From Candidatus Kapaibacteriota bacterium (GTDB lineage Bacteria; Bacteroidota; Ignavibacteria; Kapaibacteriales; Kapaibacteriaceae): 64,000 bases of DNA. Of this stretch, positions 39,226 through 49,782 are shown piece by piece. The DNA lies in contig JBKJNB010000116.1 in the NCBI GenBank assembly GCA_046595995.1, positions 44,744 to 108,743 on the forward strand, written 5' to 3'. Below the pieces are notes generated by a model. The model was not told where the DNA came from, ran no database searches, and saw nothing but the letters and a program-made list of their open reading frames with translations. The position numbers and the translations under genes were made by a program. Within the stretch, counting starts at the first letter, position 1, and each line of letters opens with the position of its first letter.

Positions 39226-42200
39226 ATGAAGGGCAGACTCCTACTTCTTGCTCTCGTGACTGGTTTTGCAGGCGTGACGCTTGCTTTTGCTGGCGACGGG
39301 AAAGATGGTGAGGACGTGTTGCGTAAGAGCGGTCCACGGGCACCGGTAGCTTCATATCCGCTACCGTTCACCCTCAACGCCGACAATCCACGAACCACTC
39401 CACCTATTTCTACCGGTTACTACTTCGTCGACTCCGACGATGAAGCGCCGGATTTTTGGCGGCCAGACCCGACGACGTTCGTCGACACGCTTACCGAACC
39501 CGGTACGTGGCGTCGTATCGTCTCTGGCGCAAAGCAAATCCCAAGTGGCTATTGGACCAGTCCGTCCGATAACACGTATGGTGGCTTTGCCTACTTCCGT
39601 AATCCTGGCAATGTTCAGGATAGTACGGACGACGCGTTTGCGGGTCCGATTTCAATCGGTTTCCCATTCTACTTCAACGGAGTGCGTTATGACTCGTTGT
39701 ACATTTCTACGAACGGTCTAATCGCACTGTCGAACCGTCGTTACTTCTACGAATACGACAACTTCGGATTCCCGACAGTACGTACTCGGCTTGAAACCCA
39801 GCCTGGCGTGTTCTCCGTATACGACCCGATGTCTGACGACACCAGGACACGTGTAGTTGGCCCTACCGACGTCACTGATGTGCAGATGGATAACTGGGGT
39901 TACCAAATGGTGGCAAGTGGTAATAATCCTACGGGCAGCATGACGTCAGGGATTCGCACGAAGGTAAATACAATGCTGGACGAAGCAAATCTTAACGGAT
40001 CTGGCGCATGGCCTGTTGGCACGCGCCCACCGCTGATTGCATTTGCCTGGGATGACTTGCAAGTGTCAGTGTACAACAGCACGGACAATGCGGTCGACGA
40101 TTTCTCCCGCGTTTACTACAAGCGCTCACCAGCCAACGACAAGTTCATCGTCTATTATGTGAACCTTACACCGATTGGCCCTAAGACTGCTATCGTCGGT
40201 GCTGTGAGACATGACGTGACGTTCTTTAAAGACAACCGTCCTGGCATCGGCGAGCACTATCGCTTTAGCGGACAGGTAACGCTTAATCGTAACGACTCTT
40301 CAGTTACGATTCAATACGAAAAATTCTTTGGCATCGCGCCTCGTTCAGCGCTGCAGCCACACGGTGCAGTTGTATGGATGCGTTGTAATTCAACTGTTGG
40401 TGTAACAGGCCCAGCTCGCCGCTTGAACTGGACAGGTTTCCCTGCGGTGATGCCTACGAATACCATCCTTGATTTCTCTGTGCCTAAGTATACACAGTCA
40501 ACAGAGTACTTGTTTAACGTTCTTACGCACCCGCTCGGTGGTCTTCGCGCCGTCAGCAATCGTAATGATGATCAAACAGTACCAAAGGATTTTCTTTCTA
40601 TTCGATTCAAGCAGTACAAGAACTTCCTTCGCGTAATCAACGTGTTTTATCGTGTTCGTCCTCTGAACAACAACGCTCCTCTCGACTTCTCGGTTGTTGT
40701 ACCAACGGCACAGGCAAACAACTACGAGTTGCTAGCAGGTGAGCTTCGTCTTGGCGCAATTCAACCTGTAGCCATTGTTCAAAACCTCACAAACGACGTC
40801 CAAGGTCCAAACGGTGTGAATTACACCCGCCAGGGCATCAATTTCAAAGTGCGCTTCCGCATTATGAATGAAGCGACGGGTAAGATTGTGTACAACACGT
40901 CGAAGTCCGTTACCGATGCCAATCTGCGGGATTCGACATTGTCGGGCATTCAGCGCAGTGATGTGAACGGTGTAAACCGTCCATATCAGCCTGTTAACAC
41001 GTTTGTCCTTCCATATGAATTCATCAAGGTTACATTCCCTCCGTTTGAACCGAATGAATTCATCGACGATCAAATCGGTCGCTTGATCACATCCGTGATT
41101 GTTGAGCCGAAAGACTCACTCAATCAGCCACTTGGCGATCAATGGCCGTTTGACGATACAACTGGCTTGCGTCTGTTTGTAATGCGCCGTCTTGAAACTT
41201 TCAATGATGACGTTCGCGAATTCCACCTTGTCGGTGGTGCTGCTATGCCTTCGGTCTTGAAGTGGGTTAACATCGAAGCAGATGTTGTTGATGGTGACGA
41301 AGTCACGAACAACCCACCTCCTCCTCGTGGTGAGTTCAAGGCAGCTAATTCTCAGATCTTCAGCTTGAAGTCGCCAGTCATACGCATGAACCGTGTGACA
41401 CTCGCAACGCTCGACATTCCTCCATTCGGTCAGTATGGCGGTGACGAACTCCGTTCGTTCCCTGTTAATCTGAGCCGTAAGAAGAATGCTGTGCTTTCGA
41501 TCTCATACCAACGTTCCGGTAAGCTTACAAACATCAATCGTGGATTCTCTGATAACCGTCTGATCGGCCCAGAACACCGCGTTGATGCTACTGTAACAGC
41601 AATCCAATCCATTCGCTTTATCCGTAACCCAGACGAATTGTGGGTAGAGTTTGCTAAGCCGAGCTCGGATGGTTTGAATGGCATCACGAATATTCAAACA
41701 TGGGTGTTTGACCCACAAAACCTAGCAGCTAACTATGCTCAACCATTCCGTATTTGGGGTGGTGGCGGTTACGTGCGCGGATTTGACATTACGAACAAGA
41801 ATCAACAGCTCACGAATAGTCCACTGGCACCTCTTGGTGGTCAGCGCATCGACTTCTTTGATGATGGTAAGGATGCAGAGTATTTCAAGATCACCGTCCC
41901 AATTCCTGATACAGTGATTAACTGGGTGAATGAAGGCGCACGGAATTTCCGTTTCCGCCTGAGAGCACGCTGCTTGAATAACTCTTCACCTCCGTTCCCT
42001 GCTGACGACGAAGACAACTTCTTCATCGATAACGTTAAGATCCTCTATCCTGACGAAGTCACTGATGTTGAATTCTCGAACATTCAGCTCATCTGGCCAT
42101 ACACTCTTGCACCTGCAAGCCAGGCTACTCGCGTACCAGTTCGTGTGAAACTGTCAAACAACACGCACATTGCCGCACCTGCTTTCTCGGTCCGTATTCA

Positions 42201-43977
42201 GATTAAGCCTGAAGGAAACGAAACGCAGCAGATCTACTGCCGTACAATCACGGTTCCAACACTTGCTGGTAACCGCGAAGTACTGCTTCCATTCCCTGAT
42301 GCGAACTTCCGCACGACAACACCTGGCCGCTATAAGGTCACAGGCAAAATCTTCTTCCCTGGTAATGATCTTGATACGTTAAACGATTCGACGTTCACAA
42401 CGTTTACAATGACGTTTGGCCCATCATTCGCATACGAAATCAACCCTCTGAACCCAGTGAACGATGTTCCGAAACTGCAGTTCTCAGGTATCACGGGTAA
42501 AGGTCTTGACCACCGTGGTTACGCATTCGGTGGCATAAACAACACACAGTGGCCATTTTCGCCGAACGCCGTCGGACCTGGTGCGCAATACAACGGTAGC
42601 ACCTATGGCGACATGCCTACGTACATGCCACCCGAGGCCCAGTTTGGTGCCGACGGCGGTAACGCCTCGGGCCAGCTCGCGATGCGATTTACGCTCTATT
42701 CGCAGGACACCGTCTACGGATACCAAGCGTATTGGGCTGAACTCAACCAGGACATCCTGAATGTATCCTTTTCCCTTTATAAGGACCAAGGCGGCATCCC
42801 AGGTGACCGGATTGCAAATTCAACCATTATACGCCGCCGAGGCGAAGACGAAACAGATAACGACCTAGACCCAGTGTTCGGCAAGTATGTAACGTATCTT
42901 CTGGCCAGCCCAGTGGTCCTCGCGCCGGGCGAATATTGGGCATCAACTGCTCAAATGGGCCTTGAAGGTTACGAACTTGGTGGATCTGAATCGCGTATGG
43001 GTATGGTCACGACATTTTACAGTGACATTCCTGCGTTTGGCGTCGGTAATCGTTCACTTCTGGTCGACAAGAACTTCCGTTCACGTTCACGTAACGGCAC
43101 GCTCCTGAACGACAACCGGTTTGCATTCGAGTCGACACGGTTTAGCGGTGACTGGGTTCAAATGACGCCATCGATCGGTAATCCGGGTTACGCCCACTTG
43201 GATGCTATGGGTAATAGCGTAATAGGCAATCAGGTGTACCCAACATTCACACGTGGTTCATGGATTCCGATGCTTCGGCCATACTTCGGTGCTCGTTCGT
43301 ATTCAAACCCACCGTTGTTCATCCCATGTGTTATTCCGGTTGAACTGACATTCTTTGACGGACGTGCGCGTTCGGCTGGTGTCGATTTGTTCTGGGAAAC
43401 AGCATCAGAAAAGAATAACTCGGGCTTCCATATCGAACGTCGCATTGTTGCACAAGCAACAAATCTTACTGCGGCAGCAGGTCTAAGCTGCGCCGATGCT
43501 TCAAACTCTAAGGAAATGCCATGGTCAGCAATCGGATGGCAAGCTGGTGCTGGTAACACAACGCAAACAACGAACTACAAGTTCTTTGATGCGAATGTGA
43601 AAACCGGGACGTCCTACGAGTATCGTTTGCGTCAGGTTGACAAGGATAATTCGGAGAACTTCTCCAACGTTATCAATGTGGTTGTAACGGCCGGCGATAT
43701 CTCTCTCGCCGACAACTATCCGAACCCAACAAACGGACAAACAACAATCCGCTTTGAAGTTCCAAACCGCACGCATGTTAAGCTTGAAATCTTTGACCTC
43801 TTGGGTAATGTCCTCTCAACACTATACAACCAGCAAGTGTCGGGCACAACCAATTCATATGCGATCGAATGGAATGGTCGCGATGCTTCTGGCGCTGAAG
43901 TTCCTTCAGGCTCTTACATGTATAAGCTTACCGCTGAAGGTGTTGTACTGTCGAAGACGCTGACAGTCGTTCGCTAA
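39226..43977 (+). CDS. Giant (1583 aa) secreted protein with a T9SS C-terminal sorting domain and no recognisable functional domain
   Basis: Signal peptide MKGRLLLLALVTGFAGVTLAFA. The C-terminus ...LADNYPNPTNGQTTIRFEVP...SGSYMYKLTAEGVVLSKTLTVVR is a textbook Por_Secre_tail. The body is rich in N, T, G and aromatics (beta-rich). Confidence 0.85.
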   Translation: MKGRLLLLALVTGFAGVTLAFAGDGKDGEDVLRKSGPRAPVASYPLPFTLNADNPRTTPPISTGYYFVDSDDEAPDFWRPDPTTFVDTLTEPGTWRRIVSGAKQIPSGYWTSPSDNTYGGFAYFRNPGNVQDSTDDAFAGPISIGFPFYFNGVRYDSLYISTNGLIALSNRRYFYEYDNFGFPTVRTRLETQPGVFSVYDPMSDDTRTRVVGPTDVTDVQMDNWGYQMVASGNNPTGSMTSGIRTKVNTMLDEANLNGSGAWPVGTRPPLIAFAWDDLQVSVYNSTDNAVDDFSRVYYKRSPANDKFIVYYVNLTPIGPKTAIVGAVRHDVTFFKDNRPGIGEHYRFSGQVTLNRNDSSVTIQYEKFFGIAPRSALQPHGAVVWMRCNSTVGVTGPARRLNWTGFPAVMPTNTILDFSVPKYTQSTEYLFNVLTHPLGGLRAVSNRNDDQTVPKDFLSIRFKQYKNFLRVINVFYRVRPLNNNAPLDFSVVVPTAQANNYELLAGELRLGAIQPVAIVQNLTNDVQGPNGVNYTRQGINFKVRFRIMNEATGKIVYNTSKSVTDANLRDSTLSGIQRSDVNGVNRPYQPVNTFVLPYEFIKVTFPPFEPNEFIDDQIGRLITSVIVEPKDSLNQPLGDQWPFDDTTGLRLFVMRRLETFNDDVREFHLVGGAAMPSVLKWVNIEADVVDGDEVTNNPPPPRGEFKAANSQIFSLKSPVIRMNRVTLATLDIPPFGQYGGDELRSFPVNLSRKKNAVLSISYQRSGKLTNINRGFSDNRLIGPEHRVDATVTAIQSIRFIRNPDELWVEFAKPSSDGLNGITNIQTWVFDPQNLAANYAQPFRIWGGGGYVRGFDITNKNQQLTNSPLAPLGGQRIDFFDDGKDAEYFKITVPIPDTVINWVNEGARNFRFRLRARCLNNSSPPFPADDEDNFFIDNVKILYPDEVTDVEFSNIQLIWPYTLAPASQATRVPVRVKLSNNTHIAAPAFSVRIQIKPEGNETQQIYCRTITVPTLAGNREVLLPFPDANFRTTTPGRYKVTGKIFFPGNDLDTLNDSTFTTFTMTFGPSFAYEINPLNPVNDVPKLQFSGITGKGLDHRGYAFGGINNTQWPFSPNAVGPGAQYNGSTYGDMPTYMPPEAQFGADGGNASGQLAMRFTLYSQDTVYGYQAYWAELNQDILNVSFSLYKDQGGIPGDRIANSTIIRRRGEDETDNDLDPVFGKYVTYLLASPVVLAPGEYWASTAQMGLEGYELGGSESRMGMVTTFYSDIPAFGVGNRSLLVDKNFRSRSRNGTLLNDNRFAFESTRFSGDWVQMTPSIGNPGYAHLDAMGNSVIGNQVYPTFTRGSWIPMLRPYFGARSYSNPPLFIPCVIPVELTFFDGRARSAGVDLFWETASEKNNSGFHIERRIVAQATNLTAAAGLSCADASNSKEMPWSAIGWQAGAGNTTQTTNYKFFDANVKTGTSYEYRLRQVDKDNSENFSNVINVVVTAGDISLADNYPNPTNGQTTIRFEVPNRTHVKLEIFDLLGNVLSTLYNQQVSGTTNSYAIEWNGRDASGAEVPSGSYMYKLTAEGVVLSKTLTVVR

Positions 43978-43997
43978 ACTTTAGCGACTGAATTTCT

Positions 43998-44044
43998 GAT
44001 CGAGCCCTCTGTCGTGTAAACGGCAGAGGGCTCGATCGTTTTTG
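43998..44044 (+). terminator. Strong rho-independent terminator after the giant gene
   Basis: gatcgagccctctg-(loop)-cagagggctcgatc followed by gttttt. Confidence 0.75.
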
Positions 44045-44061
44045 GTCTGCATTTTTGTACC

Positions 44062-45042
44062 ATGAGTTCTTCTATGGATAACACCATCCTCGTTCACGCA
44101 CGACAAGCACTGCAGTGGCAGATCCGAAGCTTGGATAAGTTCGGCCCCCAGCTTGACGACAACTACTTGGCCGCGGTGGCGGCGCTTGCAACCGCCGGTA
44201 AGGTGCTCACGACAGGCCTGGGCAAGTCGGGCTTTATTGCCCGGAAAATGGCCGCAACCCTCACCAGCGTGCGGATTCCCGGGATTTTCCTTCACCCTGT
44301 AGAAGCGATGCACGGTGACAGTGGAATCCTGAATGCGAACGATTGCCTCGTAGCATTTTCGAAAAGTGGCGAAACCGCAGAAGTAGTTCAACTGTGCAAC
44401 TTGGCCAAGGATGTTGGCGCGTCGATCGTAGCTGTTACCGCTCGTGCAAACAGCTCACTTTCGCGAATTGCACACATAACACTCTTTACGCCCCTTGAAC
44501 GCGAGCTTGACCCCGACGACATCCTTCCGACAGCAAGCACGACGACGGCGTTGGTTGCTGCCGATCTCTTGGCTGTGGGCGCAGCGATGATGTCGGGTGA
44601 TGTTAGCGGACGTCTGCAACACTCACACCCACGGGGGATGATTGGTGTGGCAATGATGCGTTCTGTAGAGGATGTGATGCATTCAGGCGAAGGACTGCCC
44701 GTTGTGCAACCCGGTGCGATGTTAGTTGAAGCGCTAGCTCAACTTTCAGCCAAAGCGCTCGGAATTGTGTGTGTGGTTGACGAGCACGGCTTGCTCAAGG
44801 GCATCCTGACGGACGGAGACGTCCGACGCATTGTCATCGAGAACGCCAGCTCACTTGCAACCCTACGTATAGAAGACGTGATGATATCGACTCCTGTAAC
44901 GATCGAACCCTCCGCCACGCTGCATACAGCGCTACAGCAGATGGAGCGTCGTGAGAAGCAGATAAGTGTGCTCCCAGTCACGGTCGCTGGTCGCTGTGTG
45001 GGAGTACTCCGTCTGCACGACATAGTGCGCTTACAGGTCTAG
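44062..45042 (+). CDS. Arabinose-5-phosphate isomerase (KpsF/GutQ/KdsD family: SIS + tandem CBS)
   Basis: SIS motif VLTTGLGKSGFIARKMAATL and two CBS domains at the C-terminus. Confidence 0.85.
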   Translation: MSSSMDNTILVHARQALQWQIRSLDKFGPQLDDNYLAAVAALATAGKVLTTGLGKSGFIARKMAATLTSVRIPGIFLHPVEAMHGDSGILNANDCLVAFSKSGETAEVVQLCNLAKDVGASIVAVTARANSSLSRIAHITLFTPLERELDPDDILPTASTTTALVAADLLAVGAAMMSGDVSGRLQHSHPRGMIGVAMMRSVEDVMHSGEGLPVVQPGAMLVEALAQLSAKALGIVCVVDEHGLLKGILTDGDVRRIVIENASSLATLRIEDVMISTPVTIEPSATLHTALQQMERREKQISVLPVTVAGRCVGVLRLHDIVRLQV

Positions 45043-45080
45043 AGCCCACCACCCGGTCATGACCGACGTGTTGGATGGCA

Positions 45081-46019
45081 CTAACGCCTTGGAAACGGCT
45101 CTGGCTTCGTGCGCTTGTTCGGGTCAACTCGCTGTGGTGGAGCTGGTGTAATAATCGGGCGCACAGCAGCAGGCGCGGGTTTGGTTGGGGAACGCACTAC
45201 CGAGGATGAAGACTTGACCTCGTTGCGTGTAATCGTCACAGACCGCACAACTTCGCCGTTTTTACCGAAAGGCTTGAGCTCCTGTCCATTGCGCGCAAAG
45301 GTCACGGCACCGGCGTTGCTTATTGACAGAACAAACTTTTGCATAGCGGACCAACGATACTCGGCACCCGGTAGCACCGTGATTTGCTGTGTGCGCTTCT
45401 CGTCACTCGTAATATTCAACCACGCGGTGTCGCGAGCATGAGCCGTCAAGATTATGCTATCAGTTTCTGCGATGGCCCCTTGACCTGAGCCCCCTCCGCC
45501 AAGCCCTTGGTTTGCATCGACGTCAAGGACTGAATCCGCGCCCACTGGCAACGCCTGGGTGCCGTCCCCAGAGCTTCGTAGAAATAGTGCCCAGATCAGC
45601 ACACCAAGGGCAATACACGCAATGATAGCCATGGCCATGACCAGTGGCGAGCGAAGGCTCCTTGGACGTTGTGCGAGCAGTGACAAGATCGCAGCAGGCT
45701 TGGCTAGGGGATTAACAAGGGGCTTTGAAGGGGGCTTGGCCAGAGGCTGTTGGCTCGCCGGAAGACGCGCACTTGTATCGTCTTCATCGGGGTCGAAGAC
45801 CTCGTTCATGAGGGCTGCGATTTCCTTTGCCGGGATATGCAGTGCCGCGCCTGCAGTGCGAATGAATGACCGCACATACACGGCGGGCAAAACATTGTAT
45901 CGACCCTTCTCGAGCGCTTCTAGAAATGGCTCACGTATCTTCGTCTCCGCAGAAAGTTCACGGAGTGTGCGGCCTTGTCGCTCTCGCTCTTGTCGCAGGC
46001 GTTCCGCTAACGGATCCAT
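45081..46019 (-). CDS. RodZ-like cytoskeleton protein (HTH + TM + DUF4115-like)
   Basis: N-terminal XRE-type HTH (LRQERERQGRTLRELSAETKIREPFLEALEKG), a Pro-rich linker, a TM helix and a C-terminal beta-domain. Confidence 0.65.
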   Translation of the reverse strand: MDPLAERLRQERERQGRTLRELSAETKIREPFLEALEKGRYNVLPAVYVRSFIRTAGAALHIPAKEIAALMNEVFDPDEDDTSARLPASQQPLAKPPSKPLVNPLAKPAAILSLLAQRPRSLRSPLVMAMAIIACIALGVLIWALFLRSSGDGTQALPVGADSVLDVDANQGLGGGGSGQGAIAETDSIILTAHARDTAWLNITSDEKRTQQITVLPGAEYRWSAMQKFVLSISNAGAVTFARNGQELKPFGKNGEVVRSVTITRNEVKSSSSVVRSPTKPAPAAVRPIITPAPPQRVDPNKRTKPEPFPRR

Positions 46020-46100
46020 CGGTGCTCAGTTAGTTGTGACGATGGAGATACTTGCAATGCAAATGTCAACCTTTTTTCGCCAGCCACCAAGGACGCTAGG

Positions 46101-46697
46101 TTGGAGATAGATCGCTCAACACTACTGTTGCACGGCTGCTATGTAGCATTCGTATTCGCGATTATGCTATATGGCGCTCTAGCATTCCGTCAGATTTCGG
46201 ATAACCTCGATGTGCGGCGCCTACGAATGGGTGAGGATCGGACGTCATTTGTAAGTGCGCCCGGTGTGCTTATATCTGTTGTGGGCCTGTCTCTATCGGC
46301 TTTGCTGGCAGTATTCCTCATCGTGCGTCCGCAGCCCCGCATTTACTTCTACGCGCTGCCACTCATTCTTGCCGTACAGTTCTCGCAAATTCTGACCCGT
46401 GTGTACTTGCAGCGCACGCTAGTAAAAACGCATGGCTTTGTTTTCCGAGCAATCGCGTTCGAGAGCATCAAGGCTGTTCGGTTCGAGAGTGTCATCCGTG
46501 CCGATGTTGAGCGCCTCGGGCTGTGGACAAAGGTCACGCTCGCCATCGTAGATGGACATCTTCGCCACGTCACCTTTCGTATCTTTCGTTTCTCAGAAGC
46601 GGCTTTAATGCGCGTGCTTGACACCTGGTGCGGCTGCGAAATACGCCGCGTTTACACTACTACCGCAAACCCCAAGGGCAGAATTCCAAAGGCATGA
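46101..46697 (+). CDS. Hypothetical membrane protein (198 aa)
   Basis: Three predicted TM helices. ATGA-coupled to the downstream AtuA-family gene. Confidence 0.45.
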   Translation: MEIDRSTLLLHGCYVAFVFAIMLYGALAFRQISDNLDVRRLRMGEDRTSFVSAPGVLISVVGLSLSALLAVFLIVRPQPRIYFYALPLILAVQFSQILTRVYLQRTLVKTHGFVFRAIAFESIKAVRFESVIRADVERLGLWTKVTLAIVDGHLRHVTFRIFRFSEAALMRVLDTWCGCEIRRVYTTTANPKGRIPKA

Positions 46698-48052
46698 GCA
46701 AAACCATTCGTATCGCATCAGGACAAGGTTTTTGGGGTGATTTGCAAAGCGCACCATTGCAACAAGTCACTGGTGGTCCGATCGACTACCTAATGATGGA
46801 TTACCTCGCAGAAGTGACCATGTCTATTCTGCAGAAGCAAAAAATGCGCAATCCAGAATTGGGCTACGCACGTGATTTAATCGACGTCTGCGATGAAATC
46901 CTTCCCATACTTATGGAACGCAACATCACCCTCATTACGAATGGTGGTGGCGTAAATCCCGAAGCAGCTCGCGACAAAATCTTTGAAGTCGCGCGTAAAA
47001 AGGGGATTAAGGGGCTGCGTATTGGTGTGGTACTAGGTGATAATATTCTCGATCGTATCGATTCGCTCGTTGAAGATGGACACAAACTTCTCAACATGGA
47101 ATCGGGTGAATCGATTAGTACCGTTGCCGATCGCGTGATAAGTGCGAATGTGTATACCGGCGCGTGGCCGGTCGTAGAGGCGTTGCGGCAGGGGGCACAG
47201 ATCGTGATAACAGGCCGAACAACAGACACCGGTTTAACGCTCGCACCAATGATTCATGCGTTTGGATGGAAAGAAGACGAGTGGGATCTGTTGGCAGCGG
47301 GGACAGTCGCGGGACACATCAACGAGTGTGGTGCCCAAGCTTCTGGTGGAAATTTCCTTGGAGACTGGCGTAGTGTTCCAGACCTAACGATACCGGGATT
47401 CCCGATCATAGAGGCGTCGGCCGACGGAACGTTCATCGTCACCAAACACCCGGGAACGGGCGGCATGGTTACGCGTGAAACCGTTGCAGAGCAGTTGTTG
47501 TACGAAATTGGCGACCCACGCGAGTACATCACTCCCGACTGTGTAGCAGATTTTACAAGCATTAAACTCGAAGATCTAGGTAACGACAGAGTGCGCGTGT
47601 TTGGCGTTCAGGGACGTCCTGCTACACCATTCTACAAGGTTAGTGCAGCATACCTCGATGGTTACATTTCTTTTGGGTCATTAACGTACTCCGCACCAGA
47701 CGCACTGGAAAAGGCTCAGGCCGCGGACCGCATTCTGCGTGGACGACTAAAAAACCTTGGATTGGAGTTCGACGAGATTCGCTCTGAGTTCGTAGGTATG
47801 AATGCGTGCCTTGTTGGATTGGCCCCACCTATTGTGCCAAACGAGGTCACACTACGTGTAGGTGTTCGGTCGTCCGACAGACTCGCTGTAGAGCGCTTCG
47901 GCAAAGAAATCGCTCCTCTTATTCTCACCGGACCTCCCTCCGTTACCGGCTTTTCGGGTGGACGTCCTAAACCAAGTGATGTAGTTGCATACTTCCCCGC
48001 GTTGCTTGATAAGTCAGTTGTGGAGATGCACGTCCGCGTTGATGAACTGTAA
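46694..48052 (+). CDS. AtuA-family protein (DUF1446, 'acyclic terpene utilisation')
   Basis: [16 protein letters not shown] is the characteristic DUF1446 N-terminus, about 450 aa. The start was chosen at the second Met. Confidence 0.7.
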   Translation: MSKTIRIASGQGFWGDLQSAPLQQVTGGPIDYLMMDYLAEVTMSILQKQKMRNPELGYARDLIDVCDEILPILMERNITLITNGGGVNPEAARDKIFEVARKKGIKGLRIGVVLGDNILDRIDSLVEDGHKLLNMESGESISTVADRVISANVYTGAWPVVEALRQGAQIVITGRTTDTGLTLAPMIHAFGWKEDEWDLLAAGTVAGHINECGAQASGGNFLGDWRSVPDLTIPGFPIIEASADGTFIVTKHPGTGGMVTRETVAEQLLYEIGDPREYITPDCVADFTSIKLEDLGNDRVRVFGVQGRPATPFYKVSAAYLDGYISFGSLTYSAPDALEKAQAADRILRGRLKNLGLEFDEIRSEFVGMNACLVGLAPPIVPNEVTLRVGVRSSDRLAVERFGKEIAPLILTGPPSVTGFSGGRPKPSDVVAYFPALLDKSVVEMHVRVDEL

Positions 48053-49043
48053 CATCGTCGTAGTCATGCTCCTTGTTAGCACAATGGCTCTACAAGCCGG
48101 AGCACGTGAAGACAGCATCTCCATTCAGCGTGAAGACAGCATCTTCATACCGCAATCCGAGTTTAAGTATGCCGATAACCCGCGAGTGATCTTTTTTGGC
48201 GGTACGCCACGGAAAGTCACATCCATCCAGCCAATCCCTACGGTAGGACTAGCTCTTGGATACTCAGCGCTTGTCATCGGCCTTCATATAAACCAATCCA
48301 ATGCTTGGTGGAAGGACGATCGCGGACCCTTTCACTTTGTAGAAGACATTCAGTACGCCAAGGGTCTCGATAAAATGGGGCACTTCTACGCCGCCTACAT
48401 CATGTCGCGCCTTAGCGGCGATCTGTTGATGGAATGCGGCTTTGACGTCGATGCAGGAACGGCAATCGGAGCAGGGATGGGACTTGCATACGGTATGTAC
48501 GTCGAAGTCGAAGACGGCTTTGCAAAGCAGTGGGGATTTTCACCGACGGATGCTATTGGTAACATTGTTGGTACGGGCTTCTACGTCGGACAACAGTATG
48601 TTCCTTTTTTGCAGAATTTCCATCCCAGAGCGAGTTACGTCCCGGCTGAATGGACAGGTAATACGACGATTACCGAGCGCCCGAAAACCTTTATCGACGA
48701 TTATAATTCCACTGCGTTCTGGCTATCAATGAACGTGAATAACATGATGCCTTCTACATGGGCAGAATACTGGCCTGATTGGCTAATGCTCACTGTTGGC
48801 TATGGCATTGACAACTATGGAAGAAAGCATGCAGACGGATCGCTCGAGCCAGTAGATGGCAAGATTATGTTGGGCCTCGACTATGATCTCGTGAAAATTA
48901 TTCCGAAGTCGAAGATCGGATTCATAAACTATCTTATTCAAGGCCTGAATATTATACGCCTTCCGGGTCCAACGCTTGAATTCTCGCACAAAGGCACGCG
49001 GTTCGGATTGTTCTATCCTTTTGCCGTGACCGTACGTTTCTGA
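48042..49043 (+). CDS. DUF2279-like predicted periplasmic/lipoprotein
   Basis: Signal peptide [19 protein letters not shown]. Conserved hydrophobic/aromatic Gly-rich core. No catalytic motif recognised. Confidence 0.5.
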   Translation: MNCNIVVVMLLVSTMALQAGAREDSISIQREDSIFIPQSEFKYADNPRVIFFGGTPRKVTSIQPIPTVGLALGYSALVIGLHINQSNAWWKDDRGPFHFVEDIQYAKGLDKMGHFYAAYIMSRLSGDLLMECGFDVDAGTAIGAGMGLAYGMYVEVEDGFAKQWGFSPTDAIGNIVGTGFYVGQQYVPFLQNFHPRASYVPAEWTGNTTITERPKTFIDDYNSTAFWLSMNVNNMMPSTWAEYWPDWLMLTVGYGIDNYGRKHADGSLEPVDGKIMLGLDYDLVKIIPKSKIGFINYLIQGLNIIRLPGPTLEFSHKGTRFGLFYPFAVTVRF

Positions 49044-49044
49044 T

Positions 49045-49782
49045 ATGACAATAAGCATCGTTGTCCCGGTATTGAACGAGGCGAAGATTCTCGACAACGT
49101 GCTGTCGGTGTACACGCGTAGTAAGCGAGCACAATGGGATGCCGAACTTATCATAAGCGATGGCGGAAGTACTGATGGTACGATCGACATCGCGCGTGCG
49201 CATGCAGATCACGTTGTATGCCACACTGACGCACGCAGACAGACGATTGCTGAAGGCCGCAACTGTGGTGCAGAGGTCGCGACAGGTTCTGTTCTCGTGT
49301 TCATCAATGGCGACACCGTTCCTGCCGACGTCGACAATTTCTTGGCCGTGGTATCAGAGTACGCGTCGAAGCAAGGCAGGTATCGCCGAGCAGCTGCGCT
49401 AGCGTGCCCTGTAAACGTGCCTCCCGAAGAACGCAAAGCCCTCGATGCTGCTTTTGCAACGATATACAACGCGTACGTGCATCTCTTGAACGGCCTGCGT
49501 ATTGGGGCCGGACGTGGCGAATGCCAAGTCGTACGTCGAGATATCTTTATCCACGTTGGCGGCTACCGCGCGAAACTGGCTGCCGGTGAGGATTTTGATC
49601 TGTTAGCGCGTATCGGACTTCGCGCCCGCGTGCGATTTGCACCAGAGCTCGTCGTGTTCGAGTCACCCAGACGCTTCCGCAAGTTTGGGTATTTTCGAGT
49701 GTTATTTCTGTGGACGATTAACGCGCTTTCGGTTTTGATTCGAGGTCGTTCTTCATCCGACGAATGGGAGGCCGTACGATGA
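49045..49782 (+). CDS. Family-2 glycosyltransferase
   Basis: ISIVVPVLNEAKIL, DGGSTDGT and a DxD-like NGD (GT-A fold). Confidence 0.75.
   Translation: MTISIVVPVLNEAKILDNVLSVYTRSKRAQWDAELIISDGGSTDGTIDIARAHADHVVCHTDARRQTIAEGRNCGAEVATGSVLVFINGDTVPADVDNFLAVVSEYASKQGRYRRAAALACPVNVPPEERKALDAAFATIYNAYVHLLNGLRIGAGRGECQVVRRDIFIHVGGYRAKLAAGEDFDLLARIGLRARVRFAPELVVFESPRRFRKFGYFRVLFLWTINALSVLIRGRSSSDEWEAVR

Noticed and set aside
43981-44391. 136-aa minus-strand ORF
   Set aside because: Overlaps the terminator hairpin and the 5' part of the KpsF-family gene on the other strand. Cys/His/Arg-rich nonsense translation.
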